A stretch of 64,000 nucleotides of DNA from the NCBI GenBank assembly GCA_951406725.2, contig OX597826.1, positions 65,720,001 through 65,784,000 of the forward strand, given 5' to 3'. Below, piece after piece: positions 24,827-38,185 of the stretch (position 1 is the first letter of the stretch; every line of letters begins with the position of its first letter). The notes beneath the pieces were generated by a model. That model saw only the letters and a program-made list of their open reading frames with translations, ran no database searches and was not told where the DNA came from. A program made the translations under genes and the position numbers. The DNA comes from Octopus vulgaris (Eukaryota).

Positions 24827-25012
24827 TATATTTTCGAAGTCTTCATAGTGTTTGAAGATCTAATAATAAAGACTTTGCAATTAAGGAAAGGAGGAGAAAA
24901 CTTTTCAAATGTAAATAAACTCTAAGTATACAAAAATACACAAGATTTTCCATGTTCCTGTTTTGTTTCATTTTGAAAATATAAAAGATTATTATATGAT
25001 TTATTATTTTTT

Positions 25013-25330
25013 TTACTTTGAATTACGTATATATGGGGGTGGATCACCAAAATCTTTTAAGTGTATAAGGGCCTGTGCGGATCTTAATCTGTCATAGGTC
25101 TGTTTCATACAACTAGAAATCAAGAGAGCTTGTTTATTAGGGAGAAGAAGGTTTGAAAATATTTTATATGATTCTATAATGCATAACAAACCGGGCTTTT
25201 TGGGTTGTTTGCATGTCTGGCAAGGCAAATTAATTTCAACTAAATTTCAAAAGTATACATTTAAGAATTTGCCAAATTCAAGCAAAAACAAAGATGTTGT
25301 GAGTAGCAACATTTAGAAGAATTTGATCTG
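25013..25330 (-). pseudogene. Penelope-like element GIY-YIG endonuclease C-terminal remnant
   Basis: With frameshifts reads IWQILK...KFS*.LICLA...NNPKS.(C)LLCIIESYKI..NLLL.NKQALLISSC, resembling the recalled Penelope-clade pattern IW..W.I...A..N...C.LC..E...LLNK....S.C. Confidence 0.6.
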
Positions 25331-25550
25331 ATTCAGTCCAGTGTATGTATTTGTTTTATTCCGTAGCGCAGCAAAAGGATATTCATTAACCTATGAGCTA
25401 TTACAAAATGTAGACGATTGGATTATAGAGAAATTATATAAACTTGAATTATGTCAATATTGATTAATGATTATCTAAAATTAGGTGTGGTTGAAAAGAA
25501 GGCGTGTCTTTGGTGTATTCTTCGAGTATTCTTTTATTATTAAAATTATT

Positions 25551-25632
25551 TCATCTGATGAATACGGTTTTTTTGTAAAGCGAGTATGTTCTCATTTTTT
25601 ATTAACAAATGCGTAAGAAATAGCTGTAGTGA
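25551..25632 (+). ncRNA. Hammerhead ribozyme candidate with 55-nt stem II
   Basis: tcat-CTGATGA-[a-tacg...cgta-a]-GAAA-tagctg-TA-gtga; predicted cleavage after 25628. Confidence 0.7.
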
Positions 25633-25916
25633 GCTGTCATTTATCTATCGTCTGTTATTATTCATTTGATTATAATACACCAAGGGGATTTACAACTTGT
25701 CGGACACTCTAGAGTATACCAACAATGTACAATTCAACGTAACACGTGCTTTGGACAAGCCCTAGGCACTAAATACTCATAGGGTTGGTTTTCTCTGTGT
25801 ACACAACCGGAATATCCTATTTGGTAATTACTAAGCATAGGCCGGAACCACAGGTTTATCCAACCCTGCTAAGTGCATATCTTTTCAAGTACCTGATTCT
25901 ATCTGAATCCTTATTT

Positions 25917-25956
<40 letters not shown>

Positions 25957-26067
25957 CCCCACCATTTATTGATATATATATATATATATTCATGTGTATG
26001 GATATAATTTAGTCTGAGTTACAGAATATAAATGATATCAGGAATTAAATGGTTAGAGTTTTACAAG

Positions 26068-26157
26068 TCCAACAACTGTTTCTAGCGGCTTGGTGGTCCG
26101 GAATAATGATAGTTACTTGGATCCATTATCGGATAACACCGCCTCCGTCTTCAGGGG
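26068..26157 (-). ncRNA. Hammerhead-like motif with 65-nt hairpin stem II
   Basis: Minus strand: ccc-CTGAAGA-[65 nt containing gcgg/ccgc, tccg/cgga, ataatg/cattat]-GAAA-cagttg-TT-gga. Stem I is weak. Confidence 0.5.
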
Positions 26158-26722
26158 AGAATTTTACATTTGAGGTGTTGACAGGATGGAGTTTAAATGC
26201 ATAATATAACATACGTGAATGCGTAAGCATGCACATATACAAAATATGGAAATATATACACATATAACCAGATGCTTTAACAAAACAAAAAAAAGTTATA
26301 TATAAGAACGTGCTTACAAAATACATGCATAAAGGCAATAACACAAAATACTCACACACACACATGCACACACATATATACACAAAATATTTATGTATAG
26401 GGAAACGTACAAACAAGCCAAGACTTACAGAAACTCAGGCACATGCACGTGCGCGCGGACACAAGCATGTAAACATACAAATATAAAAGTAACTCACTTA
26501 TATGCACTCCCACTGTATACGTTTCCCTGAAACACACACGCACATACATATATACTCTTATGTAAATATAAAACACAAAAAACAAAAACAAAACACGATA
26601 GTGACGTCGATGGTAGTGTTAAGTGTCATTTGATCTCAGTTTCATTGCTACGCCCTTTGGTGGGGGATTTGTTGTGTTTAAGGTGAATCATAATCAACGC
26701 TGTTGAAAGTGGTGGGCAAATG

Positions 26723-26811
26723 TATACCGGAACTAACTCATACATACATATATATATACATACATACGTACATACAGATATATATATATATATCATACAT
26801 GCATAATACAC

Positions 26812-26871
<60 letters not shown>

Positions 26872-26947
26872 GTGTATATGCATGTATATATATATATATA
26901 TCTGTATGTACTATGTATGTATATATATGTATGTATGAGTTAGTTCC

Positions 26948-26953
<6 letters not shown>
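26723..26953. repeat. ~230-bp imperfect palindrome centred on (TA)n
   Basis: tataccggaactaactcatac...acaccc-(TA)n-gggtgt...gtatgagttagttccggtata. Confidence 0.9.
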
Positions 26954-26999
<46 letters not shown>

Positions 27000-27006
27000 T
27001 ATACAC

Positions 27007-27047
<41 letters not shown>

Positions 27048-27085
27048 GTGCCCAGCATGCCACATATAAGCTGAAACTGGAATCA

Positions 27086-27126
<41 letters not shown>

Positions 27127-27295
27127 CACACATATGTATGTATGTACATATATATGTGTATATATATATATATATGTATATTACATACATACATACGCAC
27201 ACATACATATGTACATATGCATATACACATTTATAGGTACCAAGTACTTCAATGTTTTCGCTCTCCCCTCCATAGATTGTCTTATATATATATAA

Positions 27296-27367
<72 letters not shown>

Positions 27368-27412
27368 GAGTTACTTCTGTATTTGTATGTTTGCATGCTT
27401 GTGTGTGTGTGC

Positions 27413-27448
<36 letters not shown>

Positions 27449-27527
27449 CTCTGTGTGTACATTCGCCATGATAGATCGCTAGCTACTAAACCTTTTTTAT
27501 TTTCTCTCCCTGTTTATTTCTGTGTTC

Positions 27528-27563
27528 CTTTCTATCGAAGAGCGTAGGCTCGAAATGTAAAAG
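27528..27563 (+). ncRNA. Degenerate copy of the variant hammerhead (same family as 15960-15998)
   Basis: cttt-CTATCGA-a-gagc-gtag-gctc-GAAA-tg-TA-aaag, within element about 27462-27652. Confidence 0.5.
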
Positions 27564-27653
27564 ACTTTCTCACTTTCCGAGCGTTAAACTAATACATCTG
27601 TCTGTTGTTTACACACCCGTCTTCATCTTTTGTTTTTTGTAAATTCTCACTAC

Positions 27654-27740
<87 letters not shown>

Positions 27741-27999
27741 CACATATACTTATATATATATTTGTATACACACACACATATATGTACATCTGCATGTACA
27801 TCCAATTGTATATCTGTGTGTGTGTGCGTGTGTGTGTGTGTATGATACAGTATTCTTGTAGAAAGTTTCTTTTGTTGTCAGTATATAAACTACTTAAGAT
27901 TCTCCACGCTATACACCTATAGCCTTCAGGCAGAATAGCACACACACGCACATACACACACACGCACAAACACACACGCACACATTCACGCACTCTGTA

Positions 28000-28547
28000 G
28001 GGATCTTAATCTGTCATAGGTCTGTTTCATACAACTTGAAATCAAGAGAGCTTGTTTATTAAGAAGAAGGTTTGAAAATTTTTTATGAGATTCTATAATG
28101 CATAACAAACCGGGCAAGGCAAATTAATTTCAACTAAATTTCAAAAGTATGCATTTATGAATTTGCCAAATTCAAGCAAAAACAAAAATGTGAGTAGCAA
28201 CATTTAGAAGAATTCGATCGGTTTCAGTCCAGTGTATGTATTTGTTTTTTTCCGTAACGCGGCGTATGGATATTTATTAAAGTGTGTAGACAATTGGATT
28301 ATAGAGAAATTATGTTAACTTGAATTATGTCAATATTAAAGAATGACTATCTAACATTAGATGTGGTTGAAAAGAAGGCTGTTTTGTCGATCATTCTCCC
28401 ATTTCATGGTTAATCTCGGCAGATTTTAGCCATGTCCCTGCTGCATTCTTCGGGTATTCATTTATTTGTAAAATTATGTTTCATCTGATGAATACAGTTT
28501 TTTTGTAATGGAGTAATGTTCTCATTTTTTATTAAAAAATGCATAAG

Positions 28548-28549
<2 letters not shown>
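28000..28549. mobile_element. Second copy of the Penelope remnant plus HHR unit (homologous to 25079-25620)
   Basis: Colinear similarity from ggatcttaatctgtcatagg to ...taagaaa, then replaced by (CA)n. Confidence 0.85.
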
Positions 28550-28592
<43 letters not shown>

Positions 28593-28763
28593 TACATACA
28601 CTTACACACAATTTCACTCACACACACACACACAAATACATATGCCCTCATATACACTCATATATCTTCGCGCGCACATTGCTTTATACACACACACACA
28701 TACACGTACACCCCCACACACGTAAACCCACACACGCACGTACACACACGTACACACACGTAT

Positions 28764-28809
<46 letters not shown>

Positions 28810-29129
28810 TGTGCATTCATAAAAGTCAACACGCGTACCCATAAACAATTTCGTTCCTTAATTGGATTTTATGTCTGCATCCCACCCTACTCTATCGTGA
28901 GTTTGTAAGAAAAGGATGAAGATAGAAATACTATGCTACATTGCTTTATGTCCTTGAACGTCCTGTGTACCACCATTTACCTTTCAAAGTCTTGTAGATG
29001 GTTACTTTTCCAGATATGGGCATAATTTGTAGTGAACGAATAATGAAACTACGTTCCTTCTGCAAGAAACCTATTTCGGCTGTATTTTGTTCCAAGTGTG
29101 TGCTTGTACACACCAAATTGCTTTAATAA

Positions 29130-31456
29130 CACTGGACAACAAAGATTCTGCAACTGGGGTAAAAGCAGGTGATTTAGACTAAATTGAAGGTGCTGATTCC
29201 GAATCCGCACTCAGAATTGTTCTTAGCACGTTAGGATTTTGAGTTATGCGCGTGCGCAAAATTATAACTATATTTTCGGCTATATATAGGCCGTGTTATA
29301 AAATTTGCTAAAATGAAAGCGATCTTAATTCAAAATTAAAGAAATAGCAGCAATAAAACAAATGATGAGAAAGTTCATTATTTAGTTTAGCAATAGATGG
29401 TGCTGATGTATTGTGCGCAATGCCAAATACGTCAGTTTGTTCTGGGTAACTCTCAGTGTCGTTTGCGCTGCCGTCACGTATAGTATGTGTATCTCTCGCA
29501 CTGTGTGATTACTGTTTTACCTGTGTTCATTGTGTTACATAATGAATAGGACTGGCTATGTGAATCACTCAGACAACTTTTGTTATGTCTGTGGAAAATT
29601 TGCTCCGCGTGACCAGTGGAAGAACATAGCCACCAAATTAAAAACTGTCTATAAATATTACTTCGGGTGTAAAGTTGGGGACCAAGACAAGAGGTGGGCA
29701 TCTCATATATGCTGCACCGTGTGTTAATCAGGGCTTACACAGAGGCTGAATGGAAAATTGAAGAGAGTGCCTTTTGCTCTACCAATGGTATGGCGTGAGC
29801 CAACCAATCATCTCTCTGATTGTTACTTTTGCATGACTAATATTAGTGGTTTCTCAAAGAAAACCAAAGACCAAAGCAAAAATTGTGTATGTAGGTTGTA
29901 AGTCGGCTCTAAATCCGATCCCACATGACTTCGAGAACCCTGTCCCAGCTCTCCTCTCACATGCTTCACTTGAAAACCTTGACACGTCGCATGATGAACC
30001 CCCTGGTTCTCCTATCGACAAAGAATACGTAGATGATTCTAAGAAAAATGAGCCAGGCTCGTTTAATCAAGAAGATTTGAACGATTTAGCAAGAGAACTA
30101 CCATTGTCAAAGGAGAGGGCAGAAGTTTGGGATCCAAACTACAACAACGGAATTTCCAACAGTAAGGTACGAAAATTTCCATTTTCCGTTCTCACTATAA
30201 AGGCTTATATGTCTTTTTCAAGCAAGAAAATAATGTTTTTTTTCTGTACTGACGCTAATGCACTCATGCAAAAACTAGGACACGTGCATGTGGCTAACGA
30301 ATGGAGATTGTTTATAGACTTGAGTAAGGTTAGCCACAAAGCTGTGTTGCTACATAATGATAATGAAAAACCTTTCATTCCTGTGGGTCAAGTCGGTATA
30401 GAAGAAACTTATGAATCGATGGAACTCATTCTGAAAGGAGTTAATTACTCAGTTCATAAGTGGAATATTTGAAGTGATTTAAAGGTGATTTCCCTCCTTC
30501 TCGGACTGCAACTGGGATATACCAAAAATATGTGCTTCTTGTGTGCTTGGAACAGCTGCGACGGCAGCAATCATTACATTGTAAAAGACTGGCCTAAAAG
30601 AGATGAGCGCATAGTTGGTAGGTACAATGTGTAGTATATGCCACTGATAGACCCGCAGATCTTCCTTCTACCCATTTACATCAAACTCGGCCTCATAAAA
30701 ACTTTGTAAAAATAATTAATAACACACGATGGTTGTGGCTTCCAGTACCTAAAAGTAAAATTTTGGTGCAGCGAAAAGTGACGCAAAACTTAAGGCATGC
30801 ATTTTCATTGGACCCGAGATCAAAGAATTGATATATGATAGCAAATTCAGAGGTAAACTGAATCCAGTTGAGCTGACGGCATGGAATTCATTTGTATTAG
30901 TTGTACGGAAATTTCTTGGAAATCATAGGGTTGAAAACTATGCTGATTTAATAAACATCATGTTAACAGCGTGTGAAAGAATGGGATGCCGAATGTCTCA
31001 TTAAAATGCATTTCTTGCATAGTGATGAACATGATGAGAGGTTCCACCTGGACATATCTGAGATGGAAACGAGGTATCAAGGCTGGTTCAATCCACGCAT
31101 AATGGGCGACTACCGCTGGTTCCTACAATGGGAAACCAGCAAGATGCATAAGCGCAAGAGCAAGTGTCTCAAATATTTCTGAGCTGGGTTTATCAAAAAT
31201 AGAGTGAACGTTCCCTTAACATAAATGTACTATGTACTTTTATATTATAATATTATTTGTCTTGAACATAAATTTACTATATACGGTACTAATATACTAT
31301 TATAATAATTATTTACCTTGAACTTAACTATTCCTTGAAAATCCTGACGCCCTATAGCAATTCTGAGTTCAGATTCGGAATCAGCGTACTCGATTTAGTT
31401 TAGCACAGCACCATTCGTCTTGGTAGCAGACAATAAATCTTTTTTGTTGTCCAGTG
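29130..31456 (+). mobile_element. Chapaev3-type (CMC superfamily) DNA transposon, full length but decayed; transposase about 29500-31182
   Basis: TIR cactggacaacaaa; subterminal gctgattccgaatc inverted repeat; TAA/CAA flanks. Motifs FCYVCG, GDQDK.W, WREPTNH..DCYFC, WRLFID.SK, GLQ.GYTK..CFLC.W, SDEH.ERFH.DI. Confidence 0.85.
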
Positions 31457-32314
31457 CAATAATCTGTATAAAGATGAAAGTGTATTTTGGTTAATGCATT
31501 TGTAAGTTTTTTCCTCAAGGTCAATAGATAGTTTCCTTATTCTATATTTTTTACGATCTAAAGGTCAAGTGCATATCTCAAGTGATTCTAGGTTTACAGT
31601 TTTTTCTTATAGTAAACAATACTTCTTTTTTTTAAAATTGTTTCAGTTGCTTCAGTCAGTCATTGTCAAATCTACCGCTTTAGGTTTGCTGTCGTCATGT
31701 TCATATCGTTTTATAACTTCCAATTTATCATCTGCATTTAACATTTTCCTCCTCTTAACACCAGAACTTTTCTAGTTTGTCTTCATTTTATCCATAGTTA
31801 TTGAGGCTATATTACGTATTTTATGTTGGTAGAGTAGAGTTATGTGATCACTATAAAACATATGACTGACATTGACACTACACTTATAAAACATAATGTA
31901 ATTCGACGTAAGAGAAAGTTTCAGGACACAAAAGAATTTTCCACACAACTCTTGAAAATATATGCTAATCGAAGTTTTCCAGCGTTAGGTGCTAATTTAT
32001 AAACCGTGTTATTTTGAGCACTGTGATATTCAAAGGCGTGTTAATCGGGGATTTGTTTTACAACATGTTCCATACTTGTTCTTTGAACGGCAGCTATATT
32101 TTCTCATCAAAATATTAAATGTGAAAAAAAAGTTAAAGAAAAAAAAATTGGAAAGAGACACTATCTCAATAATTCATGGTGACAAAAAAAATGTTCAACG
32201 GAGTTGATTTAGATATGCGTTTCCTAAAAATGAAATGGTTTAGGATTAATGCTTACTGTTGGTACGTTTGCCACCTGCACTTAACAACTTTGGAAACGAT
32301 AAAGATGATACATA

Positions 32315-32539
32315 TTTGTTTCTTTATTGCCCACAGGGGTCCAAGCATAGAGAGGACAAACAAAGGGATTAAGTCGATTACATTGATCCCAGTGCGTAAC
32401 TGGTACTTATTTAATCGACCCCGAAAGGATGAAAGGCAAACTTGACCTCGGCGGAATTTGAACTCAGAACGTAGCAGCAGACGAAATACTGCTAAGCATT
32501 TCGCCCGGCGTGCTAACGATTCTGCCAGCTCACCGCCTT
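32315..32539 (-). mobile_element. SINE family B, full length
   Basis: Complete head, core and tail. Confidence 0.9.
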
Positions 32540-32573
32540 ATATGCTTTATATATTGAAACAGATATCAATATA

Positions 32574-33195
32574 TTGGGTCATCCCATAAATAATGGGTTT
32601 TTTTGATACTTCTTTTATTTTTCAAAATTAAGATAAAGTTCTTTTTTAATCTAAAATATACTCTCCTTCGTTTTCTACAATGTTCTTTCATCTGTCTAGT
32701 AGACTTTGAGGGTCCCTCTTCCAAAATTCACTTGTCCGTGACGAAAAATAGTCTTCCACTACTGTTCTAACCTCGTCTACGGGATTCATATTTTTTCCCT
32801 CCAAATGATTTTGAAGACTGAGTTTGTAGAATGATAATCAGATGGGGGAATGTTCAGCGAATATGGTGGGTGAGGCATCGTTTCCCATTCATACTGCTCC
32901 AGCCTTTGGAATCTCATCTTCGCTGTATGTAGCTGAGCATTATCCTAATGAAAGAAGACCTTCGTCTTGAAACCAAAGATGATCGTTCTGCCTCTAGCGC
33001 AGGTGTTTATGAATTGTTGAATGACCAAATCCAAACTTCTCTGCAAGTTACTCAACAGTTACGATGGGATATTTTTGTCCCACCAGGGTTTGCAGAAATT
33101 CCTCGTCGAGCTTTACAGATATTCCTAGACGAGGCTCGTCTTCTAAGTTGTAGTTTCCGGTTCAGAATTTCTGGATCCACCGTTGACACTGGCAG
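32574..33195 (-). mobile_element. Internally deleted, truncated copy of the 23582-24826 mariner family
   Basis: Same TIR after TA; colinear similarity with a deletion at about 32998. Confidence 0.9.
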
Positions 33196-33451
33196 AAACT
33201 AGACAAATCGATCTCACATTTTCTGCTTACCTGCAGATGAAACCTGTAGTGTAACTACTTTGTTTACTTTATTCAGGGAAAATAAAATTGTATGTTTATT
33301 AAGGAAGTATTCCTTACAATTTAATACACACACACACATATATTGTAGTGTGAGGAATACTTACACTATATATTTAATCAAGGAGAATATAATTGTACAG
33401 ACACACACATACACACACCTATTGAAGTGTAAGGAATACTTACTCAGTATA

Positions 33452-35981
33452 CAGGCATACCTCACCCTACGTCGTTAATTGGTTTCAGGTGACACGACTT
33501 AAGTCGAATTAACTTGCCTCTGGGCTAGGCTAGGCCGAATTTACTTGTCTCTAGGCTAAACCGATAATAACCACTCCCAGTTCTGTGCTTTATTTATGAA
33601 TGCATTTCCAGTAATACATGGTTAATAAAAACCTATTTTAAGCTTACAAACAAATAATTTTAATTTTTTATACAGTAAAAAAAAAGTAATCTAAAATTTA
33701 CGAATACAATTTGGCGGTGTTTACTGTACATCGCGGACGCTTTATTTATGAATGCGGTTTACAATAGGACATGGTAAAATAAAAGCCTATTTAAACAATA
33801 ATTTCAATAATTATTATTCAGTAATTATTATTATTTTGCAATTGTAAAAAAAAACACTAAATTATTTTAAATTTACCAATACTTGCATATAGTTTGGTGG
33901 TATACATCGCGGATGTAGATGGCTGTGGATCGTCAATATCAACAGCTGGCTCTGGCTGCTGTTGTTGTTCGATGCGCTTAAAAAACCGGTTGAGATTTCC
34001 TTGAACTGTCTTCTACTTTTCCTCTAGGATTGCATTATAAGGAGCAAAAGTTTTGTGACAAGCTCCCTCATAATCTTGGAAAACAGTTAAGCATTTGGAT
34101 CAATATCCTCGAACATAAAAAGACCTTTTTCGATATATGGCTCAGGTTCGACTCCTTTATTTTGCTGCTGGTGAAGCTCTATCAAATCCTCGTTCGTCAG
34201 GGGCTACTTGTCTTTTTCAAAAAATCTGTGAAAAACTCCTCCTCCAAAATCCATTTCCAGTTCTTTCATCGCAGTCACCAACGTTTTGTTGATGGCAACA
34301 TTATATTAAACCACTTAAAATCATTCACGAATTGCGGGAATAGCTTCTTCCATACACCATTCATAGTAATGCTTTGTACATCATTCCATATCGCTGCTAT
34401 GTTGTGTACAGCCTTTAGATATCGTATTTCTTCCAAAAATCACAAAGTTTGATGGACTCATCAAGATCAGTTGCAGTTATAGTTTGCCGCAGCGTACGCT
34501 TCAGATAGTAACGCTTGAAGATAGCAATCATTTCTTGGTCCATTGGCTGCATAGTATTCGGAGGGAAGTATACAACGGCAATGTTGGGGTCAAAAATCTA
34601 CGATGTTTAGCGGGTAGGCAGGAGCATTATCTAAGCTAAGTAAAACCTTAAAAGGAATCCCGTTCTCCTTACAGTATTACTTCTCTGCTGCTGGGATAAA
34701 ATGATTGAAGAAAAAATCTTCAAAAACAAGAATAGTAACTCATGCTTTTGAATTAGCCATCCATATAACAGGGAGAGATGCCGTGGGTATGTTCTTCAGG
34801 GCACGGGGGTTGTGTGCATGATACACAAGCAATGGCTTTAGCTTAAAATCTCCCGCACAATTACCTCCCAGACCTTGTAGTCTGGAATAGTTTTCTCCTC
34901 CTTGTAAATAACTGAACGGTCTGGCAACTTTTTCCAACACAATCCAGTTTCATCTACGTTAAAAATCTGTTCGGGAAGAAACCCGTTTTCTTTGATGATT
35001 TTCTTTAATGCATTATGAAATTCTGCTGCTGTTTGTTCGTCAGCTGATGCACTTTCACTTTGCTTCTTAATGGAATGATAACTTCTTCGCTCCTTAAATC
35101 TCATAAACCATCCTTGACTTGCCTTGAACTCTACATCTTTCCCATCTGGATATTTTTTCTTCAGGTCCTCAAACAGACAACGCTTTCTCTTGAATGATTT
35201 CTTGACTATAACCCTAACCCTAACAATCCAAAGGGAAAGAAGACTTTCCATTTCTTGAAAGGTTTTGCCTCTTTTCTTATTGATGACAGTATTCTTCATC
35301 CCTGGGGCTTCAGATTTTATATGTGCTAAAATCACGTCCTTATTATGTACAATCTTCATTACAGTTATCAGACTCATCCCAAAAGTTCGTGCAATTGCTA
35401 CCACTTTTTCACCTTTTTCATGGCATTTTACCATAGCCAGTTTATCTTCCAGCGTTATAGCAATGCGCTTAGCACTTTCACTATGAATTTTCTTAGGAGC
35501 CAGGGGTAAAAAAAATAAAGTCTCAAATGAATGAGAATGAGAAAGTAGCCGATAAACAGACGTAAACAAATCTGAATTTTAAAAAAATAGCGGGAATCAC
35601 GAGTGATAACGACGCCTAATAGTAGATATTGGAACTACAGTGCAATATGAGATCTGAGAGACCGATAAGTAAGACAACACAGCTGATTTCATGATTTCGC
35701 TCACTAAGCTACACTTCTTTATGGTGTACATCTTAACATTTATTGTACGTATTTTAATATGATTTTATATGTTTTTATTCTTATTCATTGTACAGTAACA
35801 TGATTTTATGTGCTTTTAACGGTTTTCTAGTGATTTTACGATTCCAATATTTGTGGCGGACAAATGCAAAGTCGAGTAAAATGACTTAACTTGACTTTTA
35901 TTTTTCCATATATTATTTTTGAAAACCGACGTATAATCGAGAACGACTTAAATCGAAACGACAGAAGCCGAGGTATGCCAG
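33452..35981 (-). mobile_element. Tigger/pogo DNA transposon, decayed; transposase about 35503-33860
   Basis: TIR caggcatacctc / gaggtatgccag, TA TSD; CENP-B-like HTH, FKASQGWF.RFK, IFNVDETGL, GDFKLKPLL, QPMDQ. Confidence 0.92.
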
Positions 35982-36628
35982 TATGTTTATTCAAGGAGAA
36001 TATAATTGTACGTTTATTAAGGAAGTATTCCTTACACTTCAATACACACACATACACACACACATTGAAGCGAAAGTACTTAATATATATTACATGTATA
36101 TATACATACACACACGGATACATGTATACATACACACGCACCCACGCACATAGACAGTTCTATGTACTTTTGAAGTGCATTTGTATCACTTCAGAAGCCT
36201 ATTGAGTATGAAATATCCGTAGAGATAGAACTGTGGTTGTAGTTGTAATTCTTGCTGCTAACTTAAGTATCTGATATAATTAAAAAGAAATCATTAAAAT
36301 CTTTCTAATTACTTGGTATACCTTGTTGGTGTTGTTGTTGCTGTTATTGTTGTATTCATACCTTTGTAGGAAACAGTCTTAACTTGATAATTATAGTTGT
36401 TGTTTGCTGCGAACGATCATGTTTCACAGATCCCGCTTGGAAGATATTTCCATCTAAGATTACTTCATGGAAAAAAAATTGCAGGTTATTTTTACCAATG
36501 AAATGCTTCGGAACATCTGAATATTTACCTCATTACTCTAGGACAGAAGGGAAAATTCGCCATTAGATATTTTGAACATTTTCATTGCTTACACAATTTT
36601 GTAAATGCCAATTTTGATTTATTCATTT

Positions 36629-36843
36629 ATTTCAAATTTTGGCACAAGGCCAGAAATTTTGGGGGAGGGGTAAGTCAATCATATCGACCCTTGTGTTCGG
36701 CTGGTACTTATTTTACCGATCCCAAAAGGATGAAAAGCAAAGTCGACCTCGGCGGAATTTGAACTCAGAACGTAAAAACGGACGAAATATCGCTATGCAT
36801 TTCGCCTGATTTGCTAAAAAAAATTCTGCCAGCTCGCTGCCTT
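36629..36843 (-). mobile_element. SINE family B
   Basis: Family B core and head. Confidence 0.85.
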
Positions 36844-37099
36844 ATTTTGATTTATTTATGAATGAACTGATATAGTTACTTCTGCTTCTGAGTAGCAGAG
36901 GAAATACTAGTCAAAATCGAACTAAAAGTGAAATTATTCCCCCAAAATTTTTAAAACAAATTCAACAGAAAAAAGAATAAAGCAGAAAAAAACCCGAAAA
37001 AAATGACAATGAAGCGACACGGTTATAACATAGTCACAATTTGACAAGCGAAAATGAGAACTAAACTGATACCTAACAAAAACGTCAACAACAGTAACA

Positions 37100-37872
<773 letters not shown>

Positions 37873-37900
37873 GTTGTTATTATTATTATTATTATTATTT

Positions 37901-38107
37901 AAGGGAGTAACCTAGCAGAATCATTAACACACCGGGCGAAGTGCTTAGCAGTTTTTCGTCGGTCTTTACGCTCTGAGTTCAAATTCCGGCGAGGTCGACT
38001 TTGGCTTTCATCATTTCAGTATCGATAAATTAAGTACCAGTTGAGTACTGGGCTCAATGTAATCGACTATCCCCCTCCTCAAGCCTTGTGCCTTCAGTAG
38101 AAAGGAT
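37901..38107 (+). mobile_element. SINE family B
   Basis: Family B head and core with (ATT)n tail. Confidence 0.8.
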
Positions 38108-38185
38108 TATTATTATTGTTGTTGCTTCTGTTGAAGTCATCGTCGTCGTCCCTGGTATTAATCTAGATATCACTGTTGTTATTTA

